Shown: one piece after another, positions 8,891-18,498 of the stretch
How positions within the stretch are numbered: the first letter of the stretch is position 1
How the letters are laid out: each line of letters opens with the position of its first letter
Origin: Actinomycetes bacterium
Lineage (GTDB): Bacteria > Actinomycetota > Actinomycetes > JAHEKZ01
Assembly: GCA_027118455.1 (NCBI GenBank)
Contig: JAJAYZ010000015.1
Coordinates: 3,596-67,595 of the forward strand
Reading direction: 5' to 3'
DNA length: 64,000 nucleotides
Notes under the pieces: model-generated
Told to the model about the DNA's origin: nothing
Seen by the model: only the letters and a program-made list of their open reading frames with translations
The model's database searches: none
Position numbers and translations under genes: made by a program

Positions 8891-10419
8891 CTAGCCACCT
8901 GCGACCGTCAGCACGACCGAGGCGCGGACGTGGGGATGCGCCCACGCTTGACCAGTGCGGTACCAGTGCAGCGCGCTCAGCAGGAGCACCGGAACGGCCC
9001 CCAGGAGTGGCATCCACCACAGACCGGAGTAGGCGAGCATGAGGAAGTAGAGGCTGGTGAAGGCGGTCACGAGGGCGAAACGCATCGACTGGGCGGCCAT
9101 GACTCCCGGTGTTGCCGGGGTGTCCCGTGGGCCCTGAAGGTCGGCGCGATGCGGGTTGCGCAGTGATGAGCGCATGCCGAGGGCGACGACGATGGCCGCG
9201 CAACTGAGCGCAGACATCATCGCCCCCGTCACCTCCGATGCCGCGTTCGGCGGGTGAGCCCGAAGTGACCCGCCGATGAGCGCGGAGAGCACCGCGCCCA
9301 TGGCCACCTCGAGAAACACCAGGGACTTCGCCAGGAAGGCGGGAGACGCCCATCCAGGCAGAGTCGAGAGCCAGACCGAGCCCGTTGAGTCCAGGGTGAA
9401 GGCGTTGATCCCGAAGAGCAGCCCGGCCCCAGCAGCGATCAGCCCCGGAACCAAGATCAGCGACTGCCAGCTCATGCCGGCAAGGGCCGAAACGACACCG
9501 GGAACGATGACCAGCACCAGCACTCCGCGCCGGAGTGGGGTCGACCGCCACACGCTCGCATGATCGACAGCAAGCAGTGAGTACAGGACGCTGTGCGACC
9601 AGCGACGCCGAGGGAGCGCCCGTGAACTGGTTCGGTCGGCGTGGTCGCCAGAGCGCCGCAGCGCCCAGCCGGTGACGGCATCTCCCATGAGCAGAAGGAC
9701 GGCTCCGCCTGCTACCAGGACCCCGACAACTATCAGCCAAGGGCCGTAGTTGCCTTGGTAGCCGTCGAATGCGGCACTGAGGACGTACCTCGTCGGCGAG
9801 TTGTCGAGCAGCGGGATCACGTTGTCGGTCCAGAGGATCAGCAGCCCCGCTGTGACAGCGAGGGCGCCGGCTGCATTGGTGGCGAGGCGTCCGCGATGCG
9901 TTTGTCGGATCCCCATCACCAGCCAGCCGATGGTGTGGCCGGCGATGGTGACGGCCCCGATGAAGGCGCTGACGGTCAGCAACGAGCGCGAGGTGCCCCC
10001 CCAGGCCAGTTCTCCGGTGGCAAAGCCGGTGATCACGAAGAGCGCGACCACGTTGATCATCCACGCCAGGTTGACGGGAGCAGCACCAGCGTTCCGCGGA
10101 ACACCGTCGAGGGCTTCACTGAGTAGGCCACCAGCTGGTCGGGCGGGTAGAGCTCGTAGCCGCCACCAGACACCAGCGGAGCGAGCACTGCGAGCACCAG
10201 GAATCCGACATAGAACGTTGGGGTGGCCAGGGACAGATTGAAGGTCTGGTCGTCAGGAAGGGGTTGCATACCGAACAAGCCTGCGACGACCAGGGCGGCT
10301 GGCAACAGCGTAATCGCGGCAATAGCCGCTCGCAGCGGCCGCGACCGGATCATCCTCCAGCGAAGGCGGAGCAGGGCGAGCAGCTGTCGGCTGGACCCGA
10401 CATCGCCAGGTGGCGTCAT
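8891..10419 (-). pseudogene. Putative ABC permease split into ORFs 10057..10419 and 8891..10060 (frameshift or coupled split gene)
   Basis: Both halves are polytopic membrane sequences; inserting one base near 10080 gives continuous GTLVLAPVNLAWMINVV; directly downstream of an ABC ATPase. Confidence 0.6.
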
Positions 10420-11126
10420 GAGGTCAGCAATGCGCGGTAGCGCTCGGCGCCTGCTGTACCGGCGAGTTCTGAGGCTGGAGCTGCTGCGACAACTTGCCCG
10501 CGGCGCAAGACGACGGCTTGTTCGCAGGCCTCGACGGCCAGGTTGAGCAGGTGTGTCGAGACCAGCACGGCTGATCCAGTTGCCCGAAGTTCGGCGATGA
10601 CATCCATCGTTGCCTCGACGCCAAGAGGGTCAACTCCGTCGAAGGGTTCGTCGAGCAGCAGCACCTCTGGTTCATGGAACGCCGCGAGTACGACCGACAT
10701 TCGTCGACCCATCCCGTGCGAGAAGCCCGCAGTGATGCGGTCGGCCACCCCGAGCAGGTCAAAGCGGTCGAGAAGGTCTTCGGCGCGCTTCTCCCAGTCG
10801 GCACCCATGTTGCGCATGGTCGCGGCCAGCTGGAGATGCTCCCAGGGTGTCGCGCGCGGAATGAGTCCGCCGACGTCCGGGCAGTACCCGACCCTCGTAC
10901 GTGCTTGGTCGGGATGGCGGACGGCGTCGATCCCGGCCACCCGCACCGTTCCTGTGGTGGGGGGGAGGACCCCTGCGAGGACCTTGAGCGTCGTTGACTT
11001 GCCCGCTCCGTTGCGTCCCACCAGTGCCAGCGTTGCCCGGGCCGGCACGCTGAGGTCGAAGCCGTCCACCGCGACGACGGGCCCAAACGACACTGTGAGT
11101 CCTCGGGCTTCCACGACTGCGCTCAT
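10416..11126 (-). CDS. ABC transporter ATP-binding protein
   Basis: GRNGAGKST, FSHGM signature, LLLDEPF, STH; start ATG 11126 after GAAGGGGG. Confidence 0.92.
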   Translation of the reverse strand: MSAVVEARGLTVSFGPVVAVDGFDLSVPARATLALVGRNGAGKSTTLKVLAGVLPPTTGTVRVAGIDAVRHPDQARTRVGYCPDVGGLIPRATPWEHLQLAATMRNMGADWEKRAEDLLDRFDLLGVADRITAGFSHGMGRRMSVVLAAFHEPEVLLLDEPFDGVDPLGVEATMDVIAELRATGSAVLVSTHLLNLAVEACEQAVVLRRGQVVAAAPASELAGTAGAERYRALLTS

Positions 11127-11238
11127 CGTCCCCCCTTCGGCCACTCGGACCCCTAGGTTGATGGGCCTGTCGGGGCGTTCGCAACTGGAGAGTGCTTTTG
11201 CCGTCAAGGCCCGACCCGACGGTGCCGAGGAAACCTTC

Positions 11239-11712
11239 GTGAGTACCACCTTGTCATGCGGTCAGTGCGGCGCTCAGTTGCGCGCGGAGCAGGACTGGTG
11301 CTCGCTCTGTTACGCGGGCGTTGAACCGTCGTTCGATCCCTTGACCGCGCCTTTGGAGCAGGTGGTTGGGCGCTCTGAAGCACCAGAGCCCCCCGTTGCT
11401 GACCCCGTCATCGAGTCGGCCCCAGCCACACCGGTAGGCGATCTGCGGTTGGACCGGGCCAGCAACCATCTGGCTGTGTCATCTCCCGAAGAGCCCGTCG
11501 ACACCACTGACGACAAGTCGGCTGTCGAGGTCAGCGACCTTGATGTCATGTTCTCGATGCTCGCGGCAGAGCATCGGCGCAGCGACGTGACGGCCCAGAT
11601 CGTTGACCGGCTGGAGGACAGGTCGACTCGCATTGCGGTGATGGTCGGCGGGATGGTGCTCGTCGGCGCCGTCAGCTTCTTGGTTCTGACCGTGCTCGGC
11701 GCCATCTTCTAG
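11239..11712 (+). CDS. Hypothetical zinc-ribbon protein with C-terminal TM helix
   Basis: CGQC..WCSLC; hydrophobic C-terminus; GTG start after GAGG. Confidence 0.65.
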   Translation: MSTTLSCGQCGAQLRAEQDWCSLCYAGVEPSFDPLTAPLEQVVGRSEAPEPPVADPVIESAPATPVGDLRLDRASNHLAVSSPEEPVDTTDDKSAVEVSDLDVMFSMLAAEHRRSDVTAQIVDRLEDRSTRIAVMVGGMVLVGAVSFLVLTVLGAIF

Positions 11713-11761
11713 GGCCGATACGCTCGGTGTGTTCACCGCTGACGCACGGCCTGGAGCACCC

Positions 11762-12199
11762 ATGAGCGAGCAGACGTCCTCGACCATCGTGATCGAGGCG
11801 ACTCCCTCTGTGGTGATGGGCGAGATAGCCGCTCTCGAGTCGTACCCAGAGTGGGCCGGATCGGTCCGCTCGGTTGAGGTGCTTTCTCGGGATGACGAGG
11901 GCCGACCCTCTCGAGCGACGTTCGTGCTCGACGCCGGCGTTGTCAAGGACACCTACACGCTGCAGTACACCTGGCGCGGCGACGAGTCGGTCAGCTGGAC
12001 CTTGGTCGAGGCTCAGATGCTGACCGCCATGGACGGCAGCTATCGGTTGACCGACCAGGGCGAGGCGGGGACGGTCGTGGAGTACGTGCTGACGCTCGAC
12101 CTGAAGATGCCGATGATCGGCCTGTTGCGCCGCAAGGCGGAGAAAGTGGTCACCGATACCGCGCTGAGGGAGCTCAAACGCCGCGTCGAAGGCGCCTGA
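11762..12199 (+). CDS. SRPBCC/polyketide cyclase family protein
   Basis: YPEWA..DAGVVKDTYTLQY..GSYRL..RKAEKVVTDTALRELKRRVE pattern. Confidence 0.85.
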   Translation: MSEQTSSTIVIEATPSVVMGEIAALESYPEWAGSVRSVEVLSRDDEGRPSRATFVLDAGVVKDTYTLQYTWRGDESVSWTLVEAQMLTAMDGSYRLTDQGEAGTVVEYVLTLDLKMPMIGLLRRKAEKVVTDTALRELKRRVEGA

Positions 12200-12258
12200 C
12201 GATCGCTGCAAAACACCTGTGGGGCCACGACTAGGCTGCGCCGACAAGGAGGTGCTCC

Positions 12259-13455
12259 GTGCGAGTAGTGCTCTTCACCGGCAAGGGCGGTGTGGGAAAG
12301 ACCACCCTCGCGGCAGCCACCGCGGCCACGGTCGCTGCTAACGGCCGCAAGACCCTCGTGCTCTCGACCGACCCCGCCCATTCACTGGCTGACGCTTTCT
12401 CCTGTGGGGTCGACGCAGAACCGACCGAGGTGGCGTCCGGGCTCTACGTCGGTCACGTTGACACGCAGCGCCGACTCCAGGACTCCTGGGGCGATCTGCA
12501 GGGTTACCTGACGTCGTTGCTCGGCTCCGCTGGCTTCGACAGCCTGCGCGCTGAAGAACTGACCGTTCTGCCGGGCGCTGAAGAGCTGCTGGCCCTGATC
12601 GAGGTACGTGACCACGTACGCAGCGGTCGGTGGGACGCGGTGATTGTCGACTGCGCCCCCACGGCGGAGACGCTGCGGCTGTTGGCGCTGCCCGAGGCTC
12701 TCGACTGGTACCTGAGCAAAGCACTACCGGCTGAGCGTCGCGTCGTGCGTGCGCTCCGACCTCTGCTCGGTCCTGCGGTGGGTCTTCCCGCGCCGAACGC
12801 CGAGGTGTGGGCCGCTGCCGAGCGCCTGCAGGGTCAGTTGCTCGACGTGCAGCAGGTGCTGCGCGCACCTGAGACCACCGTGCGTTTGGTTCTGACTCCT
12901 GAGTCCGTCGTGGTCGCCGAGGCGCGTCGGACTCTGACGCAGCTGGCGCTGTATGGCTATCGCGTCGATGGGGTGATCGCGAATCGAGTCTTCGATGGCG
13001 GTGACGACCCATGGCGTACCGGCTGGGCCCAGACGCAACGCCGTCAGCTCCGGGAGGTCGTCGACTCGTTCGAACCCTTGCCGATGTACACCGCCGGATA
13101 CCTCCCGGCTGAACCAGTCGGAGCCGAGGCCCTGGCCAGTCTCGGGGCGATCGTCTACGGGAGTGCCGACCCCCTTGCGACAGTTGCGGCCGCTGACTTC
13201 CTGCAGGTGCGGCAAGTGGGCAGCGGGTTCGTCATGACGCTCGCGCTTCCGTTGGTCGACAAGGACTCGCTTGACCTCACCCGAGTGGGCGACGACCTTG
13301 TCGTCACGGTGTCAGGGCGCCGACGAGTGTTGGCGCTGCCTAGCGCGCTGCGGCGTTGCCACGTACGCGGAGCCCACGTCGAGGATGGGCGTCTGGAGAT
13401 CAGGTTCCAACCAGACCCTGACCAGTTTCCTCGAGGCTCGGAGGTACACCCATGA
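12259..13455 (+). CDS. ArsA/Get3-like ATPase with C-terminal alpha-crystallin-like domain
   Basis: GKGGVGKTT, STDPAHSL, VDCAPTAETLRLL; C-terminal beta-rich tail. Confidence 0.9.
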   Translation: MRVVLFTGKGGVGKTTLAAATAATVAANGRKTLVLSTDPAHSLADAFSCGVDAEPTEVASGLYVGHVDTQRRLQDSWGDLQGYLTSLLGSAGFDSLRAEELTVLPGAEELLALIEVRDHVRSGRWDAVIVDCAPTAETLRLLALPEALDWYLSKALPAERRVVRALRPLLGPAVGLPAPNAEVWAAAERLQGQLLDVQQVLRAPETTVRLVLTPESVVVAEARRTLTQLALYGYRVDGVIANRVFDGGDDPWRTGWAQTQRRQLREVVDSFEPLPMYTAGYLPAEPVGAEALASLGAIVYGSADPLATVAAADFLQVRQVGSGFVMTLALPLVDKDSLDLTRVGDDLVVTVSGRRRVLALPSALRRCHVRGAHVEDGRLEIRFQPDPDQFPRGSEVHP

Positions 13456-13757
13456 GTGAACGGGAGCCATTGGGGAGTGCTGCGCATGAGGCCGGAAGGT
13501 TGATGGATGCGCTGCGCGACTGGCTCGACGCGCGCGGCGTCCCGGACACCCCGATCGCCACGGGCAGCGCCGAGTGCCAGGCGTGCCCGGTCTGCCTCAC
13601 GTTGAGCGCCGTTCGCGAACACCACCCAGAAGTCGTTGAGCAGCTCGGCAAGGCCGCCGAGTCGATCCTGGCTGCCCTTCGGGCCGCGGTCGCCGACCAA
13701 GAGAAGCGTTGGAGCGACCCCGGCCGTCCCGATGTTGAACGAATCGACATCGACTGA
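13452..13757 (+). CDS. Small conserved actinobacterial protein with CxxCPxC motif
   Basis: ECQACPVC, terminal VERIDID; overlaps both neighbours. Confidence 0.75.
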   Translation: MSEREPLGSAAHEAGRLMDALRDWLDARGVPDTPIATGSAECQACPVCLTLSAVREHHPEVVEQLGKAAESILAALRAAVADQEKRWSDPGRPDVERIDID

Positions 13758-14662
13758 TGGCTGCCTACACCGTTGGTGTCGACGTTGGCGGAACGAAGGT
13801 GGCTGCCGTGCTGGTTGACGACGCCGGCGCCATCATGCGGCGCAGTCGAGCTGAGACCGAGTCAGCCGACTACGCGGGGTTGGTCGCCGGGATCGTCTCG
13901 GCGGTCACTGAGGTGCGCGAAGGCGTGGAGATGTCGGGCGTCGGGCTGGCGATCGCCGGGAACGTCGCAGCTGATGGTTCCAGTGTTTTGTTCTCGCCGC
14001 ATCTGCCGCTGGCCGGAGAACCGCTCGCTCAGGATCTCTGCGGCGCACTGGGCACTCGGGTCTTCATCGATAACGACGCGAATGCCGCTGCCTGGGCCGA
14101 ACACGAGTGTGGAGCTGGGCGTGGTGCCGGCGAGATGCTCTTCGTCGCGTTGGGCACTGGCCTGGGTGCCGGCCTCATTCTGCGAGATCGGATGTACCGG
14201 GGGTACCACGGTTTCGCCGGCGAGGCCGGCCACATCACGGTCGTGATCGATGGGCGTGCGTGTCCCTGCGGATCCCGGGGCTGCTGGGAAAGATATGCCA
14301 GCGGCACGGCGCTCGTATCTCACTACGTCGAGCGCGGGGGCGATCCGGAGGTCGGCGGGCCGGGTATCACGAGGGCGGCCGCGAAGGGAGACCCCCTGGC
14401 GCTCGCGGCGCTGGAAGACGTTGGGGAGTGGCTCGGTCGGGGGTTGGCCAGCCTGGTTGCTGTCTTGGACCCCGAGCTGATCGTGGTTGGCGGGGGAGTG
14501 AGCGAGTCTGGCGACTTACTACTCGACCCAGCGCGACGTGCGTTGGCCTCGTCGGTGATGGGTGCAGGCCGCCGTCCGCTGCCGCGGGTCGTGGCTGCTG
14601 AGCTCGGCAATGCAGCAGGCGTGGTCGGGGCCGCCATGCTCGCCCGCCATGACGGCCAGTAG
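13757..14662 (+). CDS. glkA: ROK family glucokinase
   Basis: GVDVGGTK, DNDANAAAWAE, AGEAGH, CPCGSRGCWERYASG. Confidence 0.9.
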   Translation: MAAYTVGVDVGGTKVAAVLVDDAGAIMRRSRAETESADYAGLVAGIVSAVTEVREGVEMSGVGLAIAGNVAADGSSVLFSPHLPLAGEPLAQDLCGALGTRVFIDNDANAAAWAEHECGAGRGAGEMLFVALGTGLGAGLILRDRMYRGYHGFAGEAGHITVVIDGRACPCGSRGCWERYASGTALVSHYVERGGDPEVGGPGITRAAAKGDPLALAALEDVGEWLGRGLASLVAVLDPELIVVGGGVSESGDLLLDPARRALASSVMGAGRRPLPRVVAAELGNAAGVVGAAMLARHDGQ

Positions 14663-14794
14663 TAGAGCGTCACTCTCCGTAGTATCCATGCTCTGAGCAC
14701 GGGGGACTTGGCTTCGCGAATCTCAAGAAGACGCCAAATCCTGCCGATGGCGCCTCTGGGACGGGCGCTGTTGGGCTCCCGCGCGGAGGGAATC

Positions 14795-15313
14795 ATGAAG
14801 CGACTGAGAAGGACGATTCAGGGACGACGAGACCACGGGGCTACCGCCGTGGAGTTCGCCCTTGTTGCACCTGTCCTGCTGCTCCTGGTCTTCGGCATCA
14901 TCCAGTACGGACTTTGGTTCTCCGACTCACTTTCCACCCGTCAGGGTGTTCGCGAGGCGGCCCGTCAGGGTGTCGTTGCCAACTTCGGTGACACCACAAG
15001 TTGTGGCTTGACCGGTGCAACCGGTGATGACAACTCAAAGAAACTCATGTGCACTGCCCAGGACCGGATTAGCGGAATCACCGGGGACCCAGCGGTCAAG
15101 GTGATCGCTCCAGAGGGCTGGTTCCGTGGCAAGCCGCTCATCGTCTGCTCGCAGTTGAAGGTGGGGATCGGGACCGGGATCGTCCCGCTGCCCAACGACC
15201 GCATTATTCGCAGCGAAGTCCAGATGTCGATCGAGAACGCAACCCCGGCTCCGCTCTTCACCGGTGGTGAGGAGACCGCGCCGGCTGGAGCGGACTGGAC
15301 GTGGTGCCGATGA
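14795..15313 (+). CDS. tadE: TadE-like minor pilin
   Basis: Prepilin site RRDHG|ATAVEFALV, hydrophobic helix, REAARQG; ATG 14795 after GGAGGG. Confidence 0.88.
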   Translation: MKRLRRTIQGRRDHGATAVEFALVAPVLLLLVFGIIQYGLWFSDSLSTRQGVREAARQGVVANFGDTTSCGLTGATGDDNSKKLMCTAQDRISGITGDPAVKVIAPEGWFRGKPLIVCSQLKVGIGTGIVPLPNDRIIRSEVQMSIENATPAPLFTGGEETAPAGADWTWCR

Positions 15314-16695
15314 TGTCGCGCATCCGAGAGGATGGTGGGGCTGTTGCGGTCTTGACAGCCGTCCTATCCGTGATGCTCTTTGGGATAGCCGCGCTGGTCG
15401 TCGACCTCGGCATCGCCCGCGACAATCGTCGTCAGGCGCAGAACACCGCGGACTCAGCTTCGCTGGCCGCCGCGAACGCCCTCTATGCGACAACGGCCCC
15501 GAACCTCAACAAGCCCGGAGATTTTCAGGCGGCCGTAGATGCAGCCAAGTCCTACGCAGCCAAGAACTACGGAACAACCGACGCGGAGTGGGCAGGCTGC
15601 GTCAACAACGAGCCGTTGCCCTTCCAGTTCCCTGGGACTGGGAGCAGTTGCATTTCCTTCGACTCCTTCCTATATCCCAAGCAGGTACTCGTCGTCGTGC
15701 CGTTGCGCAAGCAGCCGTCGATGTTCGGCGGTGTCTTCGGTTACACCGGCGTCAGCATCGGGGCTTTGGCTCAGGCGAGGCTCGATCCTGGAGGCAAGAA
15801 CATCTGCACCTTCTGTGTGCTCGGTAGCGGAACTCAGTCGATCCAAAACGGCAACCTGACGGTCTCCGGTGGGAACATGTGGTTCAACGGCAACGTCAAC
15901 ATCAAGAACAACGGCTACGCCGGGTCCCTTGCCGGGTATGTCACCGGCGATGACGGTACCCAAACACTCGACGGCGGGAACGCGTATGTGTCAGGGACGG
16001 TGAAAGGAAGCATCTCGAGTTTCCAAGGAGGGAAGGGTCAGACCGGGCAACCTAAGATCGTCGACCCGCTGGCCTCCTACCAGCTCCCGTTTGCGACACA
16101 ACAGACCCTCAGCCCGAAGGTGAACCCCTGTGCCGACGGTCCTGGGATCTACGCTGGTTACAAGAGCACCAGCAGCGCCCCGTGTGTGATGCAGCCAGGG
16201 CTTTACGTCTTTACCGGTGACTTTGAGCTGGCCGGAAACGCGGGCCAGCTTCAGGCCAACGGTGTGACGTTCTACTTCACCTGTGGATCGGGTACGACAC
16301 CCGCGGCTTGCGGCCCTGGCACCGTGACCAGCCCCGGGGAAACGGGCGGTGGGATCAAGATCTCTGGAAATGGCGGCTATGTGATCACCGCGCCCTCGAA
16401 GGCCACTGTTCCGACGCAGCCGGAGGAGCTGTACGGCTGGGCCATCGTCTATGACCGATACAACAACGCCGACATGCGGCTGACCGGAAACGGTACGTCA
16501 ACGGTCTCCGGCACCATCTACGGCGTCAACGCGACCTTGGACTTGCGCGGCAACGGTGGAAGCGATGTGCCGTTTGCGTCCTTGATTGTTGTGGGCGGGC
16601 TCAACTTCGACGGCAACAACGCCACCATGAACGTTGCCTTCGACTCGTCGAAGAACGTCAAACCTGGTGAAGGGGCACGCGGCCTGGTGCGGTAG
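15310..16695 (+). CDS. tadG: TadG-like pilus tip protein
   Basis: DGG|AVAV, VVDLG..AQNTADSASLAAA; Gly/Asn-rich C-terminal domain. Confidence 0.85.
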   Translation: MMSRIREDGGAVAVLTAVLSVMLFGIAALVVDLGIARDNRRQAQNTADSASLAAANALYATTAPNLNKPGDFQAAVDAAKSYAAKNYGTTDAEWAGCVNNEPLPFQFPGTGSSCISFDSFLYPKQVLVVVPLRKQPSMFGGVFGYTGVSIGALAQARLDPGGKNICTFCVLGSGTQSIQNGNLTVSGGNMWFNGNVNIKNNGYAGSLAGYVTGDDGTQTLDGGNAYVSGTVKGSISSFQGGKGQTGQPKIVDPLASYQLPFATQQTLSPKVNPCADGPGIYAGYKSTSSAPCVMQPGLYVFTGDFELAGNAGQLQANGVTFYFTCGSGTTPAACGPGTVTSPGETGGGIKISGNGGYVITAPSKATVPTQPEELYGWAIVYDRYNNADMRLTGNGTSTVSGTIYGVNATLDLRGNGGSDVPFASLIVVGGLNFDGNNATMNVAFDSSKNVKPGEGARGLVR

Positions 16696-16698
16696 CGG

Positions 16699-17883
16699 CT
16701 AGCGGTAGAGGCGCACCGCGCGCGTACCAAAATCGCACTTCGGATCGCCAATACGACAGCCGGCGCGCGGGTCAACCACACCAGAAGTAGCGTACGAGAC
16801 AGGGACGACCCAGAGGCCGCCCTCGTTGTTCTTGTACCCCGTCCAGGTGGCGAGATCGAGGCTGCCAGGCGGCGGTAGCCAACGCCCTGAGCATTCGGGC
16901 GGGAGAGTACCTTGGACAACGCTTCCGCCACGGTTGGCTGAACACACCACCACGGCCACGACTCCGGTGACGTTCAGGCGGTCAATGCCCGGGCCATCGG
17001 TATACCTATCAGCGACAGGTAGCAGGATCGTCTTGTTCACGAGGTCGTCGAAGGATGCACGCCACGTGGAGGAGTTCGCCAGGCCTGTGTTGCCGCCGAG
17101 CGCCGGGTTCGGAAAGTACACCGGGCCGCCATAACCATCCGCTGTCCAGCTGCTCTGGCAACCCGCGTTACCGCCGCTGCTGGGGCTGCCTGGCGTGCAT
17201 GTCTCGTTAGGGTTGTACGCAGGCGCGCCCGCGTCGTTGTACGTACCGAACGAGCCTTGGTCGAGAAAGTTGGTGAATCCCCATTGCCCTGGCGCGCCAG
17301 CGCCGCAGATCGCGGAGTCATTGGACACGTTGACAAGAAAAGCATTGGCGACGGGCGGTGTCTCGCCTGGCTTGTAGTTGTTCAACACCGTGGCCTGGCA
17401 CGCTGCAATGGGCCGCAGACCGGAGACGCCTGCCGGTACGTAGAGCTGCGCAGTCGCCGATGTGTTGGGGACATAGCCGTTGGCGCCGAATATGCCGCCA
17501 AAGAAGGTTTCCACCGAACGTTGGTTCTTGACCGTCACTTCGACGATCCCTTCGGGGGTGCAAGCCACTTCCACCGACGTGACGACCGAGTCGCCCCTCA
17601 AGTCGTTCTCGCTGTTCGCGGACCTCGCAGCGCTGTCTGCCGTCGCTTGGAGGGAAGCGGGATTACACGAACCTCCGACGGGGATCTTGGCGTTGACCGC
17701 GCGAGCTGCTGCGAGGGCTGAGGCATCCGCAGCGACAGACAGCTGACGCTTGTTCGCGAATACATTGCCGAAGTCGACAGCGAAAGCGGCCATTCCGAAA
17801 AGCAGGACGGCGCAGATCGCCACAACTATGGCGATCGCGCCTTGATCACGCTGGTGCCCCGTGGTCAGCTGCTGAACTCGCAT
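16699..17883 (-). CDS. tadG: Second TadG-like pilus tip protein
   Basis: DQG|AIAI, AVDFG..LSVAADASALAAA. Confidence 0.85.
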   Translation of the reverse strand: MRVQQLTTGHQRDQGAIAIVVAICAVLLFGMAAFAVDFGNVFANKRQLSVAADASALAAARAVNAKIPVGGSCNPASLQATADSAARSANSENDLRGDSVVTSVEVACTPEGIVEVTVKNQRSVETFFGGIFGANGYVPNTSATAQLYVPAGVSGLRPIAACQATVLNNYKPGETPPVANAFLVNVSNDSAICGAGAPGQWGFTNFLDQGSFGTYNDAGAPAYNPNETCTPGSPSSGGNAGCQSSWTADGYGGPVYFPNPALGGNTGLANSSTWRASFDDLVNKTILLPVADRYTDGPGIDRLNVTGVVAVVVCSANRGGSVVQGTLPPECSGRWLPPPGSLDLATWTGYKNNEGGLWVVPVSYATSGVVDPRAGCRIGDPKCDFGTRAVRLYR

Positions 17884-18380
17884 CGATACACCGCCGTTGC
17901 TGTCAGAGTGAAGGTGGGTGATGTCATGAAAGGAAGCCCGGTAAGCAGCTTCGTTTCGTACTCAGATGTAGCTTTGATGGAGGCTTCAACTCCGGTCCCC
18001 TCCGCGCACACGCGTTTGTTGATGTTCGCGCCCGTGGCAGTCTTGGTGGCTGCGGTGAAACAGTTGAAGGGGGGGCCCGTGGACGGGACCCGCTGCACTT
18101 GCACCTTTACGTCACCGGTCGACATTCCAATCGTTGGCCCACTTGCCGACTGGATGCTGGACAGCACCTGGCCGCAGGTCTGCTGCGTTATGTTTCCGGC
18201 TACGACAGCTGAGCGAACCCCCTGGCGGACGCCGTTGTTCACAGCGAGTTGCTGGGCAAAGATGATACCGAAACTGATGATGCCGAAGACGAGCAGGAGC
18301 AGGATCGGGAGGACCAACGCCAACTCCACTGCTGCGGCGCCGTCCTCGGAGCGCCGCTTCGGTCGGAAGCGAGCGATCAT
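17865..18380 (-). CDS. tadE: Second TadE-like minor pilin
   Basis: SEDG|AAAVELALVLP, GVRQGVR; ATG 18380 after AGAGGGG. Confidence 0.88.
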   Translation of the reverse strand: MIARFRPKRRSEDGAAAVELALVLPILLLLVFGIISFGIIFAQQLAVNNGVRQGVRSAVVAGNITQQTCGQVLSSIQSASGPTIGMSTGDVKVQVQRVPSTGPPFNCFTAATKTATGANINKRVCAEGTGVEASIKATSEYETKLLTGLPFMTSPTFTLTATAVYRCEFSS

Positions 18381-18498
18381 CGGGCCCCCTCTGGGGCGAC
18401 ATTCGCCCATACGGTCTATCAAGGTGATCAGCGCAAGTGTCCTCTAGCGTTGAGCCATCGGTCAGGATACCCCCCACGTTCACCCGTTTGGAGCAGAG

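Noticed and set aside
8871-10064. 397-aa Arg-rich alternative-frame ORF and many similar ORFs in the track
   Set aside because: Typical high-GC shadow frames with no motifs
10543-11238. N-terminal part of the 389-aa ORF
   Set aside because: Antisense to the ABC ATPase; only 11239..11712 looks coding
12259-13455. Arsenic resistance operon
   Set aside because: Single-domain ArsA-like protein with no arsB, arsC or arsR
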